Positions 52,535 to 63,674 of a stretch of 64,000 bases of DNA are shown here, in pieces (position 1 is the first letter of the stretch; the number at the start of each line of letters is the position of its first letter). The position numbers and the translations under genes were made by a program. Source of the DNA: Octopus bimaculoides. Its lineage: Eukaryota. Location of the stretch: the NCBI RefSeq assembly GCF_001194135.2, contig NC_068982.1, forward strand, positions 162,206,564 to 162,270,563. The letters run 5' to 3'. A model generated the notes under the pieces. It saw only the letters and a program-made list of their open reading frames with translations, made no database searches and had not been told where the DNA came from.

Positions 52535-53270
52535 GAAGGTTAGCCTTCCTTTGATATTGCTGCACCTCCTATGTGTCCATAGCTTACACTGGGTACATCT
52601 TATGGAGTTTCTATCTATGCCTTTTCTACGGATCGAGCAAGGCCATCTACTTGAAGGGTTTTGTGGTTTGTCTGCCTTCCTACTTATTAAGACTTAGGTT
52701 TTTGCTAGATTGACTCTAAGGCCCTTCAATTCAAGAACTTGCTTCCACACCTGAAACTTCTCCTCTAGTTTTGATAGTGACTCAGCTATTAGAGCAAGGT
52801 CATCAGCATAGAGAAACTCCCAGGGACATCCTGTCTTAAATTCCTCTGTTATTGCCAGGAGGACTATGATGAATAAGACAGAGCTGAGGACTGATCCTTC
52901 GTGGACCCCTACTCCTACCTGGAATTCTTCACTACACTCATTACCAACACTCACCTTACTGACAGCATCCCTGTACATGGTTTGTACAGCTCTTAGCACA
53001 TTGACCACCAGATAAGGGATTGGGGGACCCTGTCAAAGGCTTTCTCCATTGGTACCATACACTTTTGGCGATTGGCACTTCTTTATGCAGCTGTCCTTAT
53101 TCATACGCATTACATGTCCAAACCAACATAGTCTTCTCTCTTGCATGCTACATTTGATTCCTCTTATGCCCAACTTTTCTCTCAGTACATTTGCACTTTG
53201 TTGTACATGTGCACTGATGTTGCACATCCAACAGAGCATACTATCTTCATTTCTTTCCAGTGTATGCATG
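52535..53270 (-). mobile_element. RTE LINE fragments (RT core with YADD, plus a C-terminal piece)
   Basis: EKAFDRVP, VGVHEGSVLS..LFIIV, CPWEFLYADDL and GLRVNLAKT. 53050-53270 encodes the C-terminal LREKLGIRGI...QERRLCWFGHVMRM. Confidence 0.92.
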
Positions 53271-53272
53271 TC

Positions 53273-53311
<39 letters not shown>

Positions 53312-53364
53312 GATAGATATTAATCAGCAGAAGTTACACAATGACTTAAGGACCAACAGTTTTG

Positions 53365-53530
53365 TGCATTGTCACTTATCAAACTATTTGTGGAGGATTT
53401 AAGGCTTTATGTCAAAGGCAAGAGCAAATGGGGTTCCTTAGTGCAAACTGTAAGCTTTTTTAATAGTGACACCTGGATGACTTTTGGAATTGTGGAATGT
53501 GCTATGATAGAGATAAAGCAGGGAAAACCC
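53365..53530 (+). mobile_element. R4/Dong-clade non-LTR RT fragment
   Basis: LFVEDLRLYVK...SLVQTVSFFNSDTWMTFGIVECAMIEIKQGK parallels the LFMDDLKLY...SL..TV..FS.DIGM.FG..KCA....KRGK pattern of R4-type RTs, from recall. Confidence 0.6.
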
Positions 53531-53589
53531 ATAGAATGTACTGGAATTATTATTATTATTGTTGTTGTTGTTGTTGTTGCCATTATTAA

Positions 53590-54297
53590 GGTGGTGAGTT
53601 GACAGAATCATTGGCATGCCTGGCAAAATGCTTAGCAGCATTTCGTCCATCTTCACATTCTGAGTTCAAATTCTGCCGAGGCCAACTTCGCCTTTCATCC
53701 TTTCAGGATTGATAAAATAAATACCAGTTGAGTACTGGGGATGCAATCGACTTACCCCCTTCCCAAACTTGCTGGACTTGTGCCAAAATTTGAAATTATT
53801 ATTATTATTATTATTTAAGGCAGTGAGCTGGCAGAATCATTAGAGTGCCAGGCAGAATGCTTAGTGGTATTTCGTCTGTCTTTACGTTCTGAGTTCAAAT
53901 TCCATTGAGGTCGACTTTGCCTTTCATCCTTTTGGGGTCAATAAATTAAGTACCAGTTTCATACTGAGGTTGATCTAATCGACTGGCCCCCCCTCCCCCC
54001 AAATTTCAGGCCTTGTGCCTATAGGAGAAATGATTATTATTATTATTATTATCATCAATAATAATAATTAAGGCAGCGATCTGGCAGAATCATTAATGCA
54101 CCGGAAGAAATACTTAGCGATGTTTTGCCTGTCACTACATTCTGAGTTCAAATTCCGCCGAGGTCGACTTTACCTTTCATCCTTTTAGAATAGATTAAAT
54201 AAGTACCAGTTGAACATTGGGGTCAATGTAATCAACTCATCCTCTCCCCCTAAATTGCTATCCTTGTGGCAAAATTTGAAACTATTACTATCATTAT
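53590..54297 (+). mobile_element. Three head-to-tail full-length SINE copies (start 53590, 53819, 54072)
   Basis: Each has g.gctggcagaatc, B-box-like gagttcaaattc, gaggtcgactttgcctttcatccttt and an (ATT)n tail. Confidence 0.92.
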
Positions 54298-54328
54298 ATT
54301 TTTGTTTCTTTTTTCATCTATTTTCTAG

Positions 54329-54511
54329 GTAACTCAGACAGTAATTCTGCTGAATGGCAAACTGCAATCCCACATGTACAGACCACATCACAAGTAGTGG
54401 AGGACCTTGTCCCAGGTTCAACGTATCAGTTCCAGATTAAAGCTACTAATGCTGTTGGAGTGAGTGAGCCAGGTTTAGCCTCTCAACCAGTTGTAATACC
54501 AACAGAGTCAG
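54329..54511 (+). CDS. KALRN/TRIO: Kalirin/Trio-like exon G: FN3 domain, C-terminal part
   Basis: ttttctAG|GT and G|GTATGC. AEWQTAIPHVQTTSQVVEDLVPGSTYQFQIKATNAVGVSEPG has the FN3 motif L.PG..Y.F...A.N..G.S.P. The exon is 183 nt and phase 1-1. Confidence 0.95.
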
Positions 54512-54596
54512 GTATGCATTATTTGGCTGCTTTTCTCTCATTCTGTCTACTCAAACATTGTCTGACTCAAAAGATAACCTGTATCCTTGTCAATGT

Positions 54597-55430
54597 AGCA
54601 GTGTAAACCTTTCCTAGAAGCAGTGTAACCCTTTTACTAGAGTAGCGTGGTATTGTAATATTGTGTTTTGAAGTCTAAAACACTTTGTTAGTGCGACTGT
54701 GTAACATTGACACTAGAAAAGTGTAACATTGTTACTATGACAGTATACTATTTTCACTATGGCAGTGTCATATTGCGACTGTGGAAGTAAGTTCAGCTGG
54801 CCATCACTCAAATTGAATGGCTTTTCATGTTTTTGCTGATTGTTTTAGGTGCCTGTGTAATTGTGAGCAGATATAAACAACTTCTTAGCCTTGTCATCTG
54901 TTTCTTGGGCAACTTGGGCAGTAATTCTGCTGAATACCAAACTACAATCCCGCATCTACAGACCACATCACAAGTAGTGGAGGACCTTGTCCCAGGTTCA
55001 ACATATCAGTTCCAGAGTGGGAAGGGAAAGGGCTACACCAACACTTGGCTAGTATTCATTACAGCTGAGCAAACTAGAGTAGTGTGGTGAAATGAAGTGC
55101 TTTGCTCAAGGCCACAACATGCAGCCCTGTTCAAGAACTGAACCTATGACTTTATGATCATGAATCAAAGCTCCAATTACTAGGCTGTGTACCTTCACAT
55201 TGTCACTGCAGCAGTGTAACATTGCCACTATGGTAGTGTAATAGTTATTGAAGCTTTGCTACTAACACTGTCAGGGGAACAGTGTTTAAACTGTCAGCTG
55301 TGCAAAGTATCATTGTCATTAGGTCAGTGTAGCAGGGTCACTAGGGCAGTGTAACTATGGCAGTACAACATTGTAATTTACATAGTGTAATACTGTTGCT
55401 TGGGCAGTGTAATATGTTGACCAGTTGACA
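54597..55430. repeat. Degenerate 22-bp minisatellite (CAGTGTAACATTGTCACTATGG), interrupted
   Basis: 22-nt spacing is seen at 54721/54743/54765 and 55212/55234. The array is split by the exon duplicate and a SINE fragment. Confidence 0.75.
54919..55016 (+). pseudogene. Partial duplicate of FN3 exon G (copy of 54339-54436)
   Basis: Manual alignment gives 98 bp, 6 mismatches and no indels. Confidence 0.95.
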
Positions 55431-56642
55431 CTAACCTTCTTCCTCAGTTATGGAATTTCAAAATAATGAACAGAATGAATATCTAACTTAAATAAATGTT
55501 TAACTAGTTTGTTGGGTCAAAAGTCTCTACATCAACCACATGTACTCTTTATCACTTATAATTAGCTTTAGATTCAGTTGAGTTTAGTGGGTAACAGAAT
55601 AGTCTACTCTCTTATGTAGTTAGAAAATTTATTGCCAAAGATATGTTAGCTCATCTACACAGCTAGAACAGTGAGACATATAAATAGTGTGTCTTTCAGT
55701 ATGTTGATCAAGTAGACCTATGATCTGTGAATTTTATATTGCAGTATCAAATGTCACTTTTGAAAATGGTAGATTTTTAAAAGAGGTTTGGCTGCTAATT
55801 TTAGTAGATCAAGCAATCGTGCTGTGACTTTCTTGTTGGTTTGTTAGTATAAAGTTAATGCTTATCGTCTAAGACATTTCAGACATGACTATCTTATTTT
55901 TAGTGATGTATAGGACTACAGTATGTAAATATGTTCTATATAAGATAGTAGGGTGCATTTTGAGAGAAATTTATTGCTATGTCTAGCAACTCAAACGACA
56001 GTATGAAGGTTTCGTCATTGGTGTGTTTGTCGTAAGTAGAAATAATCACGAGAATTACTTCCCTTGTACTTTATAGCTAGTGTCAGTGGTTTCCAATGTT
56101 GAGCGATCTGAAGATGATAGAAAATTTGTTGTGTGATTATAATCTCACAATCATAATAATTATTAATTAAATGGACAGCAATTCACATCAAGATGTCCTC
56201 AAAATATCACCTATCATTCTATGAAGCTTCATGTTATTGGTACATTGTGATTGATGGTTTTATATAGCTGTATGAGTTTCAACAAAGGAACCTCATCTGT
56301 TAGACAAGACCAAGAATAGATCTTTCTATAGGAATTTTAAAACAAAGAAAATTCTGAGTTGAGGTACAAGGTTGCTAGGAAGGTAGTATGTGTCTAAGAC
56401 CAGTGAGGAAGATATTATTTGTATTTTTCAGCTGCATTCTTATGCCATAAAAGCCACCTGACTGATAATTTAACCGTCACTCATCAATAAGCTACAACCA
56501 TAGAGCCATCAATGAACTGAATTTTTATTGTATAGGCTCATAATCTTTAATAGCACTGAAACAGCACCCAAAAGATTGCTCTTCCTCTCCAAAACCAGCA
56601 AAATATTTCTGCTCTGAAGAACCAATGAGGAAGACCTCATGG

Positions 56643-56788
56643 TAGTCATGGGCAAACTGTGGTCTGTGGGACTTTCTGACTGGCATGCCTAACAAAAAAT
56701 TACCTTTATTTGTTTTAGTAGTGCTGCCAACCTGATGGTGACCCATGTCTCATGCAACCTGCTTCTTGGGAAAGTTTGCCTATGCCTG
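56643..56788. mobile_element. Possible hAT-type MITE
   Basis: Imperfect TIRs tagtcatgggcaaact / agtttgcctatgcctg. No convincing 8-bp TSD. Confidence 0.4.
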
Positions 56789-57588
56789 CTCTGTAGACTC
56801 ATTCATCTTGCTAGAAATACCAGCCAGATTTCTTCAGATCAGACTCTATCATAAAAGCAAAAAGATATATTGAACTATAAAGCTGCAATTTATGCAAAAC
56901 GATAGGATTGTCATGTCTGGACCTCCTTTGATCACATATCTACTCAATCATGACTGACCTGCAGCTAAGTAACATCAACTTTAGCTCTCAGCAGTTGCCA
57001 AACCTCTGTAAAGCCATTTTGGATTATTGGTGTTGCTACTGTTACACTCCCCCACAAACATCATATATAGTCTTTAAAAAAAGTCTGGAAGAGCCATTTC
57101 TGAGGAGGGTTAATTCCTATAGTCTTCTATACTAAAAAATCACTCATGCAATGAAGCAAGATAAAGCAGTGGAACTGTTGGCTTGGTGGTTGCAAGTTCA
57201 AATCTACTGCTCGTGTTTTATTGCACTCTTTAGGAATTGTTTTTAATTTCTTAACAGCTGAGACTCGCAATATCTCTAGTAATCTAGGTTCTATCTAGGG
57301 GCAGGTTTATCCTCATCTATTTAACCCTTAAGAAACAATAGGTATCTACAGCTACTGTCCCTCTACATTCATTGTCCCTACAGAAGTTATTCTAAAACTC
57401 ATTGTTCCTTATAAAGGTAGTCACTGCCCCCCATTAAGGTATCTTTAAAAAATCCCTTAAAAAATCATCTCTATAAAAAAATCTCATGTCCCTTAAAAAA
57501 AATCATCTCTATAAATAGTAGACACACTCATTTACATTATATCATCTTGATTTTCTGCTGTCATTGTGCTATTTTTTTGTCTTTGTAG

Positions 57589-57673
57589 AATTAAGCGGTC
57601 GTGAAGAAATGGTTGGTGCCATTTGGAAAGCAACATTTCATTATGATTACAATGAACTTGAGGAACTTGGCAG
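57589..57673 (+). CDS. KALRN/TRIO: Kalirin/Trio-like exon H: linker and start of the kinase Gly-rich loop
   Basis: ctttgtAG|AA and AG|GTTAGT. ...IWKATFHYDYNELEELGR joins the next exon to give ELGRGRF. Confidence 0.93.
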
Positions 57674-57974
57674 GTTAGTATTGATATCAAACAGTAGAAC
57701 AATACACAATGACTGGTATATTGTGCGTAGGGTGAAAATGATGTAGTTTTGTGTGTGTTACAACTCCAGTTGAATCACAATGGTGTGTCAGTTGCTATTG
57801 ATATAGTTTATTGTAAATTACCACTCAAAGATATACACAGTGATAGATACCATGTGTAAATTAGGATTGATATAGTTCACTGAGGGTTACTACTTCAAAC
57901 ATGACACTCTACTAATATCATTTGTGTAGGACGGAATACAGTGTATTTAGTGAGATATTTAATGTTGAGAGAAA

Positions 57975-58190
57975 TATTGGTTCCAAATTTTGGCACCAGG
58001 CCAACAGTTTTGGGGAAGAGATGAATTGATTACATTGACCCCAGTGTTCAAGAGGTACCTATTTTGTCGACTCCAAAAAGATGCAAGGCAGAGTGGACCC
58101 CATGGCATTCGAACTTACAATGTCAGAACAGAAGAAATGCCGCTTAGCATTTATTCCAGCACAGTAGCTATTATATCAGCTCGCAACCTT
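57975..58190 (-). mobile_element. SINE copy (same family as 53590-54297), reverse orientation
   Basis: ccaaattttggcaccaggcc...gaccccagtgttca...gaacttacaatgtcag is reverse-complementary to the family. Confidence 0.75.
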
Positions 58191-58951
58191 AATGCTGAGA
58201 GAAATATTACCAATGATCTTTATTGAGCTCTATTTTTTTATTATTCTGTTGTTGTTGTGTAAGTACTCCAGATCGACCCCTTATTCATTCTAGTGTCTGT
58301 TAGGGAAAGTTTGAAATACTAAATTATATGCTTCAGCTAGACTCAGAAGATGAAGTGTAATCAGTGGTGAATGTAGTCAGTGATAAAATACAATGGTTTG
58401 ATCAGATAAGTTTCTGATTGTTTTAACAGATTCCCTTAAAGATTTTCATTTATATTTGATGTTAAACTAGTGGATACCATAAAGTCTATAACCTGATAGG
58501 GCTAAAGCTACTAACTATTCTTGTAACAGATGAAGTGTATGATATGCATATCAGATGTGTGAAACATTGGATGGGATGGTAATGAATGGAACGGCAGAGA
58601 GTAAGATCTTGGATGTGACTCATTTGATATGCAATATGAAACTCGAAAGATAAGTTAATAAGGAAAGTGTTAGAAGTGCTTTAAATCTTTGTTCACTTGT
58701 TTATAAGAGATGTTAGTGTGATAAATTGTCAAAATTCCAAGATGTACCAGGCCAGAGCTACCCTTACCTATTTTGAAAAATAACATTTAATCTCTCCCTA
58801 ATATATTATACAAAAAGCACATTTCAGGATTAAATTCTAAAGTTGGTTGTTCTATTAGTTTATTCATTTCATCTTTTCATGATTTTGAAAATTATTTTCT
58901 AGTTTAAAATATGTTTACTTCAACTTATTGTTCCTTATCTCCTAATTTCAG

Positions 58952-59152
58952 AGGTCGATTTGCTGTGGTCAAAAGATGTGTCCAGAAATGCTCAGGACAG
59001 GAGCTGGCTGCCAAATGTATCAACCGCAAGCACTTATCCAAGGAAGCTATTGAAACAGAGTTTAATACGTTACAAAGTCTTTTTCACACGCATTTAGTTA
59101 AAGTGTTCGATTTATATGAGACAAAAACAAATTATATCTTGCTAATGGAGAT
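58952..59152 (+). CDS. KALRN/TRIO: Kalirin/Trio-like exon I: Ser/Thr kinase subdomains I-V
   Basis: ctaatttcAG|A and AT|GTAAGT. GRFAVVKRCVQKCSGQELAAKCINRK...ETEFNTLQSL...LLME contains the Gly loop, the AxK lysine and the alphaC Glu. Confidence 0.96.
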
Positions 59153-59852
59153 GTAAGTCTATTTGTTATTTCAGCTCTTATTCTCCTTTCAATAAATTTT
59201 TCAATTGTTTTCCCCACAGAAGTCATCATTATCATTACCATCAACAACAACACAACAACATCATTTTATTGTTATGAACTGGGTACATCTGCCATACAGT
59301 ATATCACTATGCAGTATGTCACCAGTCATCTGATGTTCTGTATGATTAAATAGCAGAGACATTAGTACTAATTATCCTTCCTCCATTCACCCATTATCAG
59401 AGTAAACTTGGTGCATTTATTGTGCTAATGTTTCTAGAGAGATTATCTTTCAGGACAACTTTAATTCAGAATAGCTGCTATCCTATATATATGTTATAGC
59501 TACTGTGACGTGGGAGCCATATCTCTGTTGTATTTTGAGATAAAAGAATAATTTACATTGATAAATTTGTATGAATCAACTAGTTGTTAGATGGGCTTCT
59601 TTCAGTATTATCATTTCATTATCATTTTGGTTATAAAGAAAACTGTTAGCCTATAATTAGAGTGAAGGAGGAGAATAGAGATACACATATTTAAAGATTA
59701 TTTCATTGAAAAATGTAGTTCATAAAGAGAACATCGTTATTCTGAAATTTAAGTATGAAAAGATATATATATATGTTTGTTGTCTATTTGTGTTCAATGC
59801 CATTGCAGTGGAAAGAGTGAGTGTGTTTTTGTCTCTGTTAAACTATGTTTAA

Positions 59853-60074
59853 CCCTTTTGATACCAACCTGGTTGAAACGCCTCTGGCTCTGTAGTACAA
59901 ATGTCTTATTTTCAAAAGTTCTCAATTAAAATCTTCCACCAAACCTTAGTCACAATTTATTTTCCTAACACTAGCTTAATGATAACTAAGTTATTTTACT
60001 AAATTCTTTGTTATATTTAAAATTAATTGAAAGAAAACACAGAGTGTCTCAACAGAAATATAGTAACAAAAGGA
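59853..60074. mobile_element. Second piggyBac-type MITE family (TTAA target site)
   Basis: TTAA-CCCTTTTGaTAC...GTAACAAAAGGa-TTAA, 222 bp. Confidence 0.8.
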
Positions 60075-60476
60075 TTAAGGCATTCTTTTTTTATGTGGAT
60101 GCATAAAATAAGCTAGTGTCACATTAAAATCCACCCAGTGAATTTTGAAAAGTAGATGGATGGCAAATGAATGAAGATGACATGAGATTGAGGGGAACCA
60201 CTAATCTTGTCAAGTTACATGACAACATCTTTCGTGTTAGTACCATGATAAAATGCAACCAGCACATTCTGTGCAGTAGTTAGTGATAGAAAGGGAATCC
60301 AGCCTTAGAAGCAAGCTGAAACTGAAACATATAAGCAAAACAAAAACCTCCAACCTTTCTGGGAGAACAAGAACTCTGCATAAGCACTGACTTTGATTGT
60401 AACAAGCCAGCTAACTCATGCCAGCTTGGATGTACAACAATGATGATCATACATACATACATACATATATATATAT

Positions 60477-61946
60477 CATCATCATCATCATCATCATCAT
60501 CGTTTAATGTCCACTTTCCATGCTAGCATGGGTTGGACGATTTGACTGAGGACTGGTGAAATCAGATGGCTACACCAGGCTCCAATCTGATTTGGCAGAG
60601 TTTCTACNNNNNNNNNNNNNNNNNNNNNNNNNNNNNNNNNNNNNNNNNNNNNNNNNNNNNNNNNNNNNNNNNNNNNNNNNNNNNNNNNNNNNNNNNNNNN
60701 NNNNNNNNNNNNNNNNNNNNNNNNNNNNNNNNNNNNNNNNNNNNNNNNNNNNNNNNNNNNNNNNNNNNNNNNNNNNNNNNNNNNNNNNNNNNNNNNNNNN
60801 NNNNNNNNNNNNNNNNNNNNNNNNNNNNNNNNNNNNNNNNNNNNNNNNNNNNNNNNNNNNNNNNNNNNNNNNNNNNNNNNNNNNNNNNNNNNNNNNNNNN
60901 NNNNNNNNNNNNNNNNNNNNNNNNNNNNNNNNNNNNNNNNNNNNNNNNNNNNNNNNNNNNNNNNNNNNNNNNNNNNNNNNNNNNNNNNNNNNNNNNNNNN
61001 NNNNNNNNNNNNNNNNNNNNNNNNNNNNNNNNNNNNNNNNNNNNNNNNNNNNNNNNNNNNNNNNNNNNNNNNNNNNNNNNNNNNNNNNNNNNNNNNNNNN
61101 NNNNNNNNNNNNNNNNNNNNNNNNNNNNNNNNNNNNNNNNNNNNNNNNNNNNNNNNNNNNNNNNNNNNNNNNNNNNNNNNNNNNNNNNNNNNNNNNNNNN
61201 NNNNNNNNNNNNNNNNNNNNNNNNNNNNNNNNNNNNNNNNNNNNNNNNNNNNNNNNNNNNNNNNNNNNNNNNNNNNNNNNNNNNNNNNNNNNNNNNNNNN
61301 NNNNNNNNNNNNNNNNNNNNNNNNNNNNNNNNNNNNNNNNNNNNNNNNNNNNNNNNNNNNNNNNNNNNNNNNNNNNNNNNNNNNNNNNNNNNNNNNNNNN
61401 NNNNNNNNNNNNNNNNNNNNNNNNNNNNNNNNNNNNNNNNNNNNNNNNNNNNNNNNNNNNNNNNNNNNNNNNNNNNNNNNNNNNNNNNNNNNNNNNNNNN
61501 NNNNNNNNNNNNNNNNNNNNNNNNNNNNNNNNNNNNNNNNNNNNNNNNNNNNNNNNNNNNNNNNNNNNNNNNNNNNNNNNNNNNNCACACACGCAAACAT
61601 ATATACAAACACACACACATGCCGGTGGCACATAAAAAGAGCGTTGGGCCTCACGGAGGCAATAAGAATTGACTGAGATCCTTGGCGATTTGCCATGCTT
61701 GAGAAGAAAACCCATCAAGCCAAGTGAAATTGTAGTCATGGCAGATACTGGTGTCGTGCAACTGGCACTCATGCTTGTGGAACATAAAAGCACCCATTAC
61801 ACTCTCAGAGTGGTTGGCATTAGGAAGGGCATCCAGCCGTAGAAATCATGCCAATTCAGACTAGAGTCTGGTGCAGCCACTCAGCTTGCCAGCCCTGGTC
61901 AAACCGTCCAACTCATGCCAGCATGGACAACAGACATTAAATGATG

Positions 61947-61987
<41 letters not shown>

Positions 61988-62048
61988 TGTAAATATCATC
62001 ATCATCATCATCATCATCGTTTAACGTCCGCTTTCCATGCTAGCATGG
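60477..62048. mobile_element. Three RTE 3'-module copies in alternating orientation (60477-60607 -, 61617-61946 +, 61996-62048 -), cut by gaps
   Basis: Each carries the ccaacccatgc.agcatgg...gttaaa.gatgat tail or its reverse complement. Confidence 0.85.
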
Positions 62049-63058
62049 NNNNNNNNNNNNNNNNNNNNNNNNNNNNNNNNNNNNNNNNNNNNNNNNNNNN
62101 NNNNNNNNNNNNNNNNNNNNNNNNNNNNNNNNNNNNNNNNNNNNNNNNNNNNNNNNNNNNNNNNNNNNNNNNNNNNNNNNNNNNNNNNNNNNNNNNNNNN
62201 NNNNNNNNNNNNNNNNNNNNNNNNNNNNNNNNNNNNNNNNNNNNNNNNNNNNNNNNNNNNNNNNNNNNNNNNNNNNNNNNNNNNNNNNNNNNNNNNNNNN
62301 NNNNNNNNNNNNNNNNNNNNNNNNNNNNNNNNNNNNNNNNNNNNNNNNNNNNNNNNNNNNNNNNNNNNNNNNNNNNNNNNNNNNNNNNNNNNNNNNNNNN
62401 NNNNNNNNNNNNNNNNNNNNNNNNNNNNNNNNNNNNNNNNNNNNNNNNNNNNNNNNNNNNNNNNNNNNNNNNNNNNNNNNNNNNNNNNNNNNNNNNNNNN
62501 NNNNNNNNNNNNNNNNNNNNNNNNNNNNNNNNNNNNNNNNNNNNNNNNNNNNNNNNNNNNNNNNNNNNNNNNNNNNNNNNNNNNNNNNNNNNNNNNNNNN
62601 NNNNNNNNNNNNNNNNNNNNNNNNNNNNNNNNNNNNNNNNNNNNNNNNNNNNNNNNNNNNNNNNNNNNNNNNNNNNNNNNNNNNNNNNNNNNNNNNNNNN
62701 NNNNNNNNNNNNNNNNNNNNNNNNNNNNNNNNNNNNNNNNNNNNNNNNNNNNNNNNNNNNNNNNNNNNNNNNNNNNNNNNNNNNNNNNNNNNNNNNNNNN
62801 NNNNNNNNNNNNNNNNNNNNNNNNNNNNNNNNNNNNNNNNNNNNNNNNNNNNNNNNNNNNNNNNNNNNNNNNNNNNNNNNNNNNNNNNAAAACTGGCTGC
62901 AACATCAATTATCAGTTGCAACCAGTTTTCCAAGCTGAGAGGATGTAAACTCTGCTTGATTTTCTTCTTTTTTTCTCTACCCACTGATGAAGGGTTGAAT
63001 CCAAAATGTTGAATATTCCACTCCTCACAGCAAGTTCATTGTACCCCTTTCACTCTTT

Positions 63059-63116
<58 letters not shown>

Positions 63117-63496
63117 TACATATATACACATCTTGTTGTAATGCTGTCTCAGAGATATGTATGGCCTTTGTTTTGTTTGTATATTATATTCGTACCAACT
63201 ACTTGCATCTTGTTTATTTTCATCGTCATCTACTACATTCACTCATTATTCCCAGCAGCCTTTTGCTGTTGACACCACCAAAATGAACAATATTATCATA
63301 AAGGGCATGAAACTGTAATAATTTTTGGACGATAACTGACAAAGAACGAGTAAACTCTCTGTTTGTTCTCTTGTTGTACAATTGTTGTTCAATTTTGTTT
63401 GTGTACATACATACACACACCAACATATATACGCTTGTAAAATAATTATAACATTTCATTCTCACTCAAGACTATTGTCTTCTCTTTTGTTGACAG

Positions 63497-63635
63497 CATT
63501 CCTTCTGGTCGTTTGTTTGAATTTATCTGTATCCGAGGACATTTCGATGAACTACAAGCTGCTGAATATGTCCAACAAATACTGGATGCCATTCAATATT
63601 TGCACAACTGTCGGATTGCTCATCTGGACATTAAG
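63497..63635 (+). CDS. KALRN/TRIO: Kalirin/Trio-like exon J: kinase subdomains V-VIb (HLDIK catalytic loop)
   Basis: ttgttgacAG|C and AAG|GTTTGT. IPSGRLFEFI...ILDAIQYLHNCRIAHLDIK has the HLD(I/L)K non-RD loop typical of Trio/Kalirin/DAPK-group kinases. It is collinear with exon I, so no exon needs to hide in the intervening gaps. Confidence 0.96.
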
Positions 63636-63674
63636 GTTTGTTTCTGGATTGTTTTTTTTTTATCTTTTATTTGT

